DNA of 64,000 bases from Candidatus Bathyarchaeota archaeon (lineage in GTDB: Archaea; Thermoproteota; Bathyarchaeia; Bathyarchaeales; Bathycorpusculaceae), in the NCBI GenBank assembly GCA_963707955.1, contig OY970176.1, positions 864,001 to 928,000 on the forward strand, given 5' to 3'. Below the pieces are notes generated by a model. That model was not told the origin of the DNA. It saw nothing but the letters and a program-made list of their open reading frames with translations, and did not search any database. Made by a program: the position numbers and the translations under genes. This document shows positions 21,689-30,745 of the stretch, piece by piece (position 1 is the first letter of the stretch; each line of letters starts with the position of its first letter).

Positions 21689-22088
21689 AGAATATGTAGT
21701 TGACGCGTATGCTTGGATAGAGTATCTGATTGGAAGCGACGTCGGCGCAAGAGTCAAGGTTGTACTTGAGGATGAGAATAATGGGATTTACACGAGCGCT
21801 GTGACGCTTGGAGAGGTGATAAGCAAGATTGCTCGTGAAGAGCAGGACGTGTGTACTGCGTATCGCATTTTGCTCAGTAACTCAGATGTCATTGACGTAG
21901 ATGAGGAGTTGTCGAAGCAAACAGGAATAATTCACGCTGAAATGCGAAAGAGCAAGAAAGATTTCGGACTGGCCGACGCATTCGTTTTGGCCACGGCAAG
22001 AAAACTTGGAACAAGAATCCTGACAGGTGACCCACACTTCCAAGGCATCAAAGAAGCGACGCTAGTGATAAAAAAGCCTGTTAGTTAA
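21681..22088 (+). CDS. vapC: PIN-domain toxin (VapC)
   Basis: VVDAYAWIEY, LGEV, GLADAFVLA, ILTGDPHF. Confidence 0.9.
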   Translation: MTREYVVDAYAWIEYLIGSDVGARVKVVLEDENNGIYTSAVTLGEVISKIAREEQDVCTAYRILLSNSDVIDVDEELSKQTGIIHAEMRKSKKDFGLADAFVLATARKLGTRILTGDPHFQGIKEATLVIKKPVS

Positions 22089-22301
22089 TCTTCTATGACT
22101 CCTCCTGCGACGGGAGAGCAGATATCTCATAGTATCTAGGCATATCTCCTCGGTTAATAGGCAAAGGCGAAATCTACTAGGTAAGACATTCGGAACGGAT
22201 TTTCTATCAAGCAGAGCCCTGATTCAGGTATCGACTATGGGGTAAGCAAAGTCTTATACAATCTGGGTTAAGACTAACTGTCTCCGAGACTAGCGCGCGG
22301 G

Positions 22302-23051
22302 TTGTGCATGGTCGAGTATGAGCATAGAGGCAAGACTTCGAAACCGTTTGTGACTTTTTGGGGATCACTTACGAGCAAGGAAGGAGGAAAGGAGAGGGCA
22401 CGCATTGTGCTGGAACCCGTAAATGAATACTGCAAGCAGGCAAAGAAGATACTGGAAATAGGTTGCGGAATTGGAGAGGTCTTGGTCAATCTTCCCGATA
22501 GATACGCTGTCTACGGTTTGGACGTCGAAAGAGACTACATTGAGGTTTGCAGAAGGAGAATGCCAAGGGGCGAGTTTTTTGTTTTCAGCATGCACAACTT
22601 CAAGGTTGATGAGAAGTTTGATGTCATTTTCTCTGCTAACGATGCTGTCAACTTTCTGAAGGATTTTGCCCAGTAGAAATCAACGTTCAAGGCGGTGTAT
22701 GAACATCTTAAAAGGGATGGGCTGTTCATCTTTGATGTGTATACTCCGAAGATGCTGAGGGATACGGTTCGTTGGTTGGAAAAGTATAACAGGTCCACTT
22801 CATCGGTCAGGGAATTTGCCAAAGGATTCTACTATGACAAGGAGATTGTGAAGGGCAACACGCTGACTTGGGATTCCAGAGTCTTTGAAGAACTCCCAAA
22901 TGGACTTTACAGGCTTCACAAGTACAAGTTTAAAGAAACGATGTACCCGGTTGCAAAGATGAAATCCGCCCTGTCCGAGTATTTCGAGATCGTTGAAGCC
23001 GATTTGAGAGAAGAAGGCAGAAAGATTCTATTTGTCTGCAGAAAAAATTAA
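22302..23051 (+). pseudogene. Class I SAM-dependent methyltransferase with an in-frame TAG at 22674-22676
   Basis: ILEIGCGIG, FDVIFS, then in frame AQ*KSTFKAVYEHLKRDGLFIFD. Confidence 0.75.
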
Positions 23052-23394
23052 AAGCGCACGCTTCTTCAAAGCGCAGAATCAGCTCTAACGTCACTCTAGG
23101 CGGCATGCCTGATGTGTATAGAATTATATCGCGACACATAAAGCGAATTGTACAATGGGCTGGTCACTGATTGGCAAGAAAACACATTGTCAGGGTTGTT
23201 TTGAGTTCACAACACAAGGAAATGCTAGACGATATTGCCAGAAATTGGGCAGAGTCAAAGTGAGACTCTGCTTGTAGCCTTCCTAGAATACGCGAAAAGT
23301 CTAAGCCTAGTACCTGAAAAAGTCCATGAAAAAAGAAGAGAATCTAGCTATCAAAGCGGAAAAATGATTCAATTTCAGTTGTCGAAAAGAATTT

Positions 23395-24678
23395 ATGATA
23401 AGAAAAGAACATAGGATTGGAATGGGCACCACCAAGAAGGATGCACTCACTAGTGATTTGCGCGATGCTATTGCCAAAGAACTACTGGATTCCCTATATA
23501 TAGGATTTGAGTTAAGCAAAAAGGTGTACTTCATACTTGACACCTCTGATAGAGATGCCGAGTTTCTTCAAGATTATATATTGGCCGAGATTCGAGCTCG
23601 ATTGGGAGAACCCTTTGTTGTAGATTTTGCAGAAGTGGGATCTGGAATTACACTCGTGCAGGATCTTCTCACCATGATTTTTCTGAGGTCCGAATTCCCC
23701 TTTGCTTTACTAAACACAAAGAAGAAAGGGACTCATATCAGAATATTCCAAGTTTTCTTGGAGAAAACTAATCAGCCCCTTCTAGAGATTGCTCAACGAT
23801 TCCTTGAATGCAAACGCTTGAATAATCGCCAAAGAAAGAAGTTGAACGTTGACTCCGATCTTTCTGATTTAAGAAATGCTGTTGACTTCTTCACAGAAGG
23901 AGTATGTTCGTATTTTCAATCCTCGAAGAGAATGCCTGTTTTCTATTTCAAGAATCTTAAGCTTGATAAAGATGAGCTGAAAGCGGACGCAACAACCAGA
24001 TTTCTTGAAGGAGTACAGAGAGAAATTCCATGTGTCTTTGTTATGAAGGTCGAAAGAGACTCTGAATATCTGTTACTCTATGTTGAGGATTGTTCCAACA
24101 TAACCAGAATTCCTGCCTTACGTTCCGAGAACCTGAAGGACTCTGTTTCTCGTATATGTGAATCCTCGCAATCTGCAAACAAGCCAAGATTTACCGAAGA
24201 GGGACTGTGTGAATTTTGCAGTGCAATGTCTCATATTCACGGAAAGACTCTTTCTGCGTCAGCACTGACAAAAGCTTTGCTTGATGCTGAGGGCAACGCA
24301 AGGTTGAATAAATCTGAAACGATTTCGGCCGAAACAGTCAGAGAACTCTTTTCAGTTGCCACCGTTAACGCAGCACGTCCGAAACCGAGAGAGCCCAGAG
24401 TTGGTCTCTCACCATATTTTGCCACTGAAGTCGAGCGTCTTACTAGGCAGTGCAAAATCTTTGGACTGGATCCACATTATGCCCTACCTTGGAATTTCAA
24501 GAAAGTTATGTACTATATCAGTTCCGGGTCCCTGAGATACTGCCAAGATAGTGACACATTTGAGACTTTGAGATACATTGGACACCAGTATTGGCTCGAC
24601 TTGGATTCTGCACTTCGTTTGATGGGTTATAGGTATGCCGGAGAAGGAAAGTGGGTTTTTTCGCCGCAGAGAGAGTGA
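23395..24678 (+). CDS. Hypothetical protein, probable inactivated AAA-like ATPase
   Basis: AAA lid-like RFTEEGL...LTKAL...ETISAETVREL segment but no Walker A GKT. Confidence 0.55.
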   Translation: MIRKEHRIGMGTTKKDALTSDLRDAIAKELLDSLYIGFELSKKVYFILDTSDRDAEFLQDYILAEIRARLGEPFVVDFAEVGSGITLVQDLLTMIFLRSEFPFALLNTKKKGTHIRIFQVFLEKTNQPLLEIAQRFLECKRLNNRQRKKLNVDSDLSDLRNAVDFFTEGVCSYFQSSKRMPVFYFKNLKLDKDELKADATTRFLEGVQREIPCVFVMKVERDSEYLLLYVEDCSNITRIPALRSENLKDSVSRICESSQSANKPRFTEEGLCEFCSAMSHIHGKTLSASALTKALLDAEGNARLNKSETISAETVRELFSVATVNAARPKPREPRVGLSPYFATEVERLTRQCKIFGLDPHYALPWNFKKVMYYISSGSLRYCQDSDTFETLRYIGHQYWLDLDSALRLMGYRYAGEGKWVFSPQRE

Positions 24679-24684
24679 CATATC

Positions 24685-26334
24685 CTATAGTGTTTTGAAC
24701 AGAATCGTAAATCTTGCTTTTCTCAAGCTGTTGCTAGCCATGTCCTTATCATGAGTCAGGAGTGTCGCGTCGTAGAGTTCGGCAATATCTATAATCATTC
24801 TGTCAATCGAATTGAAGCTGGAGGTTTCCTTGATCTCGGACCCAGTAGGATTTCGACCAACTTCACTTAATTCAATCCTACCCGTGGAATTAAGACCCAC
24901 CAACATTTGATATTCTTGTCTTGCCAGTCTACTTACTAATCGTTTCTCTTCTTTCTTATCCCATGAGGACATTTCAGAAAGAACAGCAATCGGAATGAAG
25001 ACTTTGATCCGCCGTGTTTTAAGCTCTGGAATCCATTTGCATAGCGCCGAGAAGTCGAGTCCTGCTAGCGATGACGTATCAAGTACAAGCGAATACAGAG
25101 TGTCTGCTAGGAAATTTATCAAATGGTTTGCGTTGGTTCCGCAGAACGGACATGTCGCTCTCCTTATCGTGACCGCTGTGTTGCCAATGGGCATGGTCGT
25201 CTCAACCACAAGCAGAGGCAACTTGCTACCACAGTTAGTGCATTTGAAGAAGAGAGTTGGAAGCATTTCTGACACGGTTTTTTCGAGATCTTTCTTGGAA
25301 ATGAAATATTCCTGCCTGTCTTGGACTGAACGGTTGAGAGATTTCTGCATGATTTTAACTAGCTTTCCCGGTTCCAAAGGAAACATGCTCAGGAGGTATT
25401 TCTCTGCCTCTGAAGTGAGAGGATAACTTGCAGACGTCAAGTGCTCATCAAGTTTTACATCGGATAAGGCCTTAGTCTTGGCAGAATCAACGTAACTTTT
25501 CCTTGCATCTGTAATGAACTCTCCTATGTCTCTCTCCAGCAAAAGAGGAAGTTCGAGGTTTTCAAAAGCGGCGCTTTTTGGATGTAATATTCGGTTAAAG
25601 CCATCGATTTTACCCGACTCGATAGAGAGGAAGAAACTGGACAAGTCCATCACTGAACTCAAGAGTTTAGCCATCTGAACTTTATTGTCCTCATTAATGT
25701 AAGTGATCAGATCATCAAACAAGATTTCGCAATGATCAGCAATCAAGACCGGATAAAACTGCTTCTGAAAGAAGGCATAATAGAAGCGCAAAAGGTTCGC
25801 AAGCACGTCAATCTCAATCCAGACATCTTTGATATTGGGCATCCAACTTTCGCCATGTTTCACTAGGTTTCCATTCAACCATTCTCTCAACTTCTCAGGG
25901 TTCCGACTGACCCTTGTGAAAACCGTTGCAATTACACTGGACGCACCAGTTAGTTGTCTCAGATCAGGAAGACCATTTGGCTTAGCAACAAATTCCAGAA
26001 AGGCATCTACACAACCGTTCAGCATGAGAGAGTTAAGAATCTGAGAATATAATTGAAAGGGCACTCTGGCGAAAATGAAATCAACCTCGAGACAACGCAT
26101 CTGCGACTCACTGAAAATCCTGTTTCGAACAAAAGCCAATAGATGCGTCTTCCCTGATTGATGCGGACCGTATATCACAATCTGGGCTCTCGAATTCACC
26201 TTCAGAATAGCTGTTATTAACCCTTCAATCCTTTTCTTCAATTCACCCCTTTCAAAATATAGTAGTGCGTCAAGGAGCGGGTTTGGAACAAGATTCTTTC
26301 GCACAAGAAATTCTTCGTAGAGCAATCGCTTCAC
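24685..26334 (-). CDS. AAA ATPase-zinc ribbon-PIN ribonuclease fusion
   Basis: YGPHQSGKTH Walker A; atypical Walker B LIADHCE; YPLT.EA lid; CTNC/CPFC; PIN motifs LVLDTSSL, E, IDRMII, LLTHDK. Confidence 0.8.
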   Translation of the reverse strand: MKRLLYEEFLVRKNLVPNPLLDALLYFERGELKKRIEGLITAILKVNSRAQIVIYGPHQSGKTHLLAFVRNRIFSESQMRCLEVDFIFARVPFQLYSQILNSLMLNGCVDAFLEFVAKPNGLPDLRQLTGASSVIATVFTRVSRNPEKLREWLNGNLVKHGESWMPNIKDVWIEIDVLANLLRFYYAFFQKQFYPVLIADHCEILFDDLITYINEDNKVQMAKLLSSVMDLSSFFLSIESGKIDGFNRILHPKSAAFENLELPLLLERDIGEFITDARKSYVDSAKTKALSDVKLDEHLTSASYPLTSEAEKYLLSMFPLEPGKLVKIMQKSLNRSVQDRQEYFISKKDLEKTVSEMLPTLFFKCTNCGSKLPLLVVETTMPIGNTAVTIRRATCPFCGTNANHLINFLADTLYSLVLDTSSLAGLDFSALCKWIPELKTRRIKVFIPIAVLSEMSSWDKKEEKRLVSRLARQEYQMLVGLNSTGRIELSEVGRNPTGSEIKETSSFNSIDRMIIDIAELYDATLLTHDKDMASNSLRKARFTILFKTL

Positions 26335-26365
26335 TAGTTAATCTTTTCTACTGAATCTGTTTATA

Positions 26366-27862
26366 ATGATTGGGGCAAGGTCGATTGCAATGGAGTCATT
26401 AGGTATCAAGTATATACCCAAGGAATATGTCAAAGTTGGCGATCGTCTTTCGATAGATAGTAGAGCAATAAAAGGGAAGAACATAATACTGAGTCATTCC
26501 GCAGAGAGAATCGAATTTGATTCCATCATATTCTTGGGAAAAGTTGTTGAACACACTCCGACAGTTGACTATTTCGGGTTCAATGTATGGTTAGATACAA
26601 GCTACCCCTTCGTCGTTCTAGTTCCTGGAAGAAGAGGCACTGGAAAGAGCTACACTCTAGGCATTCTGTCTGAAGGATTGGCGTTAAATAAAGACGAAAG
26701 TCCAATCACCACAAAAGAAACTAGTCATTCAGTTGTAATCATTGACACGCTTGGACAGTTCTGGCAGATGAAATACAAACCCAATGCAAATGATTATGAG
26801 GGTAAGAAACAGTTAGAGGATTTGAATGATTGGGGATTAAAGCCAGTCGCTTTGAGCAACATTCAGGTTTTTACTCCAAAGGGCATGAAAATTGGAGAAT
26901 CATGGAAAGAGCTTTCTATCCGATTCTGTGAAGTTGAAGTTGGTGAACTTGCTGGGTTTCTAGACGTAGATTTGTATCTTGATCGAATGGGGCAACTACT
27001 GCTGCATATCTATGAAAGAGTGGACGAAGGTGGGTACCAAAGCGCTCACATTGACGAAAAGACAAATGAAGTTGTTAAGGGAGCATTCATTCCAATTTCG
27101 AAAGATTTTGATATAGATGACCTGATAGGTTGCATAGATTCTGATCATGAGATAATCTCGAAGACAACGGGATTTGAGGTTCAAACTCGTCGAGCCCTGA
27201 GAAATCGTCTGATGATAATGCGTAAATGGAAGATCTTCTCGGACAAAGGAACCGCGATAAACGAGATCGTCAAAGAAGGGACACTCACGGTTGTTGATTT
27301 GGAAGGCGCAGATCAGGATTTGAGGAACCTTGTCACTGCTGTATTGACAAGGAAGATATTTCAGGCAAGATCAGAGGCCCGAAGACAGGAGAAACTTGCA
27401 GAGACTGAAGGAGCTGATACTTTCTTTAAGAAATCCCCAATATTGACACCAATGTGGTTAGTCATTGACGAAGCGCATGAGTATTGCCCTTCCACAGGGC
27501 GGACAGCAGCAAAAGAGCCACTGATTCGATTTGCGAAGGAAGGCAGAAGCATCGGATTAGGTTTGATAATGGCAACGCAACAACCTTCTGCTCTGTCTGA
27601 GAAGATCTCTTCCCAGACGGAGGTATTGATCAGTCATGCACTGGCATTTGCAAGTGACATTCAGTCACTCGAAAATCGACTTGTCAACAAGAAAGTAGAT
27701 ACATTTCAGGGCAGAAACCAATCTCACTCATTTGAAGATCAGATTCGCCTTATCTCTCCAGGCACAGCATTTGTTTCCATTGTGAACGTGTCTTCCGTTT
27801 TTCTGCTAATGCTTAGGCCGAGACTGACTATGCATGGAGGAAAGGCGCCCAAAATGGGTTGA
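26366..27862 (+). CDS. HerA/FtsK-superfamily (DUF87) ATPase
   Basis: GRRGTGKS, IIDTLGQ, LVIDEAHEY, AKEGRS.G, ATQQPS. Confidence 0.9.
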   Translation: MIGARSIAMESLGIKYIPKEYVKVGDRLSIDSRAIKGKNIILSHSAERIEFDSIIFLGKVVEHTPTVDYFGFNVWLDTSYPFVVLVPGRRGTGKSYTLGILSEGLALNKDESPITTKETSHSVVIIDTLGQFWQMKYKPNANDYEGKKQLEDLNDWGLKPVALSNIQVFTPKGMKIGESWKELSIRFCEVEVGELAGFLDVDLYLDRMGQLLLHIYERVDEGGYQSAHIDEKTNEVVKGAFIPISKDFDIDDLIGCIDSDHEIISKTTGFEVQTRRALRNRLMIMRKWKIFSDKGTAINEIVKEGTLTVVDLEGADQDLRNLVTAVLTRKIFQARSEARRQEKLAETEGADTFFKKSPILTPMWLVIDEAHEYCPSTGRTAAKEPLIRFAKEGRSIGLGLIMATQQPSALSEKISSQTEVLISHALAFASDIQSLENRLVNKKVDTFQGRNQSHSFEDQIRLISPGTAFVSIVNVSSVFLLMLRPRLTMHGGKAPKMG

Positions 27863-28332
27863 TATTAGTGCCAATTATCGATGCTGATCAGATAAGGATA
27901 TGGACGGAAGATATTCCGGGAAAGTTTGCAGAACTATTGCGGATTTCTGACCCATTGAATGTCTACATATCTTCTCCATGGATAAGTGAATTTGAGCATC
28001 CGTTAATAAATCTCAGAAGGATTCTAGCCAAAAAGAAAGCCAGTACTATAATACTGACGAGACCGCCACAGAACCTTGCCTCAAAACGATTTCTCGCAAG
28101 ACTTAAGAATGAAACTCCTACAAGGATTTATGTTAACAGGCGTCTTCACGCCAAACTATACATAATTGAAGGACCCAAGCAAAAATACGTGGTTATCGGC
28201 TCATCCAATTTTACGCAGGAAGCACGTTTCAATGTTGAATTCGCCGTAGTAATCGTGGGAAGTGATATCATGACAAAAAGAGTAATATACAGTTTCCTCG
28301 CATACCTGAAACCAGCATGCGCGATTTGGTGA
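27859..28332 (+). CDS. Phospholipase D (HKD)-family nuclease, DpdK-like
   Basis: ISSPWI, LHAKLYI...IGSSNFT...N.E. Confidence 0.88.
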   Translation: MILVPIIDADQIRIWTEDIPGKFAELLRISDPLNVYISSPWISEFEHPLINLRRILAKKKASTIILTRPPQNLASKRFLARLKNETPTRIYVNRRLHAKLYIIEGPKQKYVVIGSSNFTQEARFNVEFAVVIVGSDIMTKRVIYSFLAYLKPACAIW

Positions 28333-29516
28333 CTGATTTGCAGTGTTCTGACTATGGTTTGAAGCGTCCATCTTTTCAATTAGATCCAGAAATGGACAGC
28401 GAGATATTTGTGGGCAGAGAGGACGTAAAGAAACGTTTGGAGGATCGCCTTAAACGCGCAATTGTAACTGGCACGAGTCTTCATACCTTTATATACGGCG
28501 ATTATGGATCAGGCAAGACTCATACTCTGAACTATGTCTACAGGTTCTTGAATAAGCAGGATCTCAATGTCTTGCCTATACTTGTTCGTCAGCCTAGGAT
28601 TACGCAGAAATCCGACCCATCTGACTTGTATGCGAGCATTGTTTCGGCAGTCTCAATTTCCGAGATTTTCACCTTGTTTGTTAGGGTACACGACTCCGTT
28701 CAGACCAAACTTAAAGATATAACCGACTTGTACAAACGCGTAGAAGTACTGCGAGGAGTGGTTGAGAATAGAGATTTGTCATTCATCATAAACAATTATG
28801 TTACGAACAGACCGATCGAAGATTATGCCGTGGTCAAGTGGCTTTCGGGCGAAAAGATGGCGGCTAGAGAGAAGGCCGTTTTGAATGTTGTCACGGACAA
28901 CTCTGATCCTTATGTAGCTATCCAGACACTTTTAGCTCTCGTTAAGCTATTTAACAAGATAGGGAAAAAATACGTTTTGTTAATGCTTGACGAGATGGAA
29001 TCTTTGCAAATGATAAGCAGCGAGAAAAAACAAATGCCTTTTGAGGAATTCCTACGGATCCTCACGAGCGAAGATAAAGGACTTGGGGTCCTGTTGGCTC
29101 ACACTACGAAACAAGCCCTAGAAGATGTGACGCCGATGTTTAAAAGCAACACGGCAATAGGTACAAGAATTGGCTATCCGCAGAATTACATTTATCTCAA
29201 ACAATTTGAAGACATGGAATCAATGAAGACCTTTGCGCGGCAGCTCATCAGCGCGTTGAGGGACCCAAAAATCGACGTAAAAGCTCTGGCAAAGAAAAAT
29301 CAGAGCAATACAAACGAACACCTAGCTCTTGATTTCTATCCCTTTACAGAGGAAGCAATTGAAGCAATACACCAATTATCTCAGGGTAGTGGCATGATAA
29401 AACTGTTACTGCCGCGGGACATTCAAAAAGTCATGACGGATAGTCTGGGGGATGCGATGATTCAAAACAGGGCTTTCGTCGATCAAGAAATTGTCTCAAA
29501 GATCATGTCAACCTGA
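28317..29516 (+). CDS. P-loop AAA ATPase (BrxD/Cdc6-like fold), module 1
   Basis: FVGRE, YGDYGSGKTH, LMLDEMES, FYPFTEEAI, PRDI. Confidence 0.88.
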   Translation: MRDLVTDLQCSDYGLKRPSFQLDPEMDSEIFVGREDVKKRLEDRLKRAIVTGTSLHTFIYGDYGSGKTHTLNYVYRFLNKQDLNVLPILVRQPRITQKSDPSDLYASIVSAVSISEIFTLFVRVHDSVQTKLKDITDLYKRVEVLRGVVENRDLSFIINNYVTNRPIEDYAVVKWLSGEKMAAREKAVLNVVTDNSDPYVAIQTLLALVKLFNKIGKKYVLLMLDEMESLQMISSEKKQMPFEEFLRILTSEDKGLGVLLAHTTKQALEDVTPMFKSNTAIGTRIGYPQNYIYLKQFEDMESMKTFARQLISALRDPKIDVKALAKKNQSNTNEHLALDFYPFTEEAIEAIHQLSQGSGMIKLLLPRDIQKVMTDSLGDAMIQNRAFVDQEIVSKIMST

Positions 29517-29530
29517 TTTGAATTGAACCG

Positions 29531-30706
29531 TTAAGCTCGGATGTATCTTCTTCCTGGAATACGCGTAGAGAAATCGAATTTCCTAACCTTTGCTAGTTGC
29601 ACAATCTTTTCCCCATACTCAGCATAGCTCAGACTCTTCGAAAAATCAAGAGAAGAAGCAAGTATCGAAAAGTACAGATCCTCATATGGTATCATGATTA
29701 GTCCAATGTATTTGTAGAATGCTGTGAAGTGAGAGAATTGTCTTTCGAATTCTTCATCAGTCAAGGCGACTAGTCCCTTTCCGTAATTCTCTGCTAGAAG
29801 GATTCCAAGGTTGTTTTCCTTGTCATCGAGGAGTTTTGATACTGCTTTGTCGTCTAACGAGGTCAATTGTTTCTTGAAATCCTTGGCGAGATCACTTAGG
29901 CTAAACTCAGAGCGTTCCTTCATAACAAAACCTGTATCCCTAAGAAAGTGCAATCTGGGGTAAATCTGGCTCTCTCTATGGATTTTGCCATATCCACCTT
30001 CCTTCTCGCTTTTTGCAAATCTGGCTTTCTCTGCTGCATAGAAATTGCGTCTGGTCGAATTTAATTCAATTTGGGCCTTTCTCTCATACCACTTGCTTAC
30101 AGCTGCAAAATATCGATCCTGCAAATCTGATTCAGTGACACTGTCATCCATACACTGAATAAGAGGAATTGTCCCATCCGGGTCTGACGATAGAAGAGCA
30201 TTTGCAAAGACAAATTGCTCGGACCGTGGTAACTTTGCAACTAATCCCCTAGTCCTAAGCATCTCCTCTTTTTTCTGAGGGTCAAGAAATAGAGGTTTTC
30301 CTTTGTCATCTGAGTATCTACCCGCAAGATGCCATCCGTACTTACGCCAAATGTTTATCTCTGGTTTGATAAAACCTAGATTTTGCGCTAACAAGACATG
30401 GCCCATTGCGATAGAATCCTTGCTTGCGACAACGGTCTTGTCGCCAATACCGCTCCCTGACACGGAAAGATTCGTTTCAGGATCCTCATTCCACTTGTAC
30501 TCTTCCCTGTATTTCCTGACAGTTTCCTTGTATTTTGCGACCAATTGAGATGTAAAAATGTAACTCGATGGAAATGTCAGCAGCACAATTACCTTTATGA
30601 AGCCCAACCTTTTCAGCGGTAGACTGAGATTTATGAAACGCTCGATCATCAAGATACACTGTACAGTGAAAGATACATATAAAAAAGAGTGTTTGAGAAC
30701 TAGCAA
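29531..30706 (-). CDS. Hypothetical protein, probable tandem winged-helix; co-transcribed after dpdA
   Basis: Long ORF with HV.LAQNLGFI and PRLHFLRDTGFV...FSLSDLAK wing-like segments. Confidence 0.6.
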   Translation of the reverse strand: MLVLKHSFLYVSFTVQCILMIERFINLSLPLKRLGFIKVIVLLTFPSSYIFTSQLVAKYKETVRKYREEYKWNEDPETNLSVSGSGIGDKTVVASKDSIAMGHVLLAQNLGFIKPEINIWRKYGWHLAGRYSDDKGKPLFLDPQKKEEMLRTRGLVAKLPRSEQFVFANALLSSDPDGTIPLIQCMDDSVTESDLQDRYFAAVSKWYERKAQIELNSTRRNFYAAEKARFAKSEKEGGYGKIHRESQIYPRLHFLRDTGFVMKERSEFSLSDLAKDFKKQLTSLDDKAVSKLLDDKENNLGILLAENYGKGLVALTDEEFERQFSHFTAFYKYIGLIMIPYEDLYFSILASSLDFSKSLSYAEYGEKIVQLAKVRKFDFSTRIPGRRYIRA

Positions 30707-30745
30707 TAATGAGAGTTCAGTAATGTTACCCCTTTGCTTGAGTTC

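Noticed and set aside
20516-22676. Two in-frame TAG codons as pyrrolysine/amber readthrough
   Set aside because: They fall where Leu (TTG) and Trp (TGG) are expected, one substitution away. Many intact genes here end in TAG and no pyl genes are visible.
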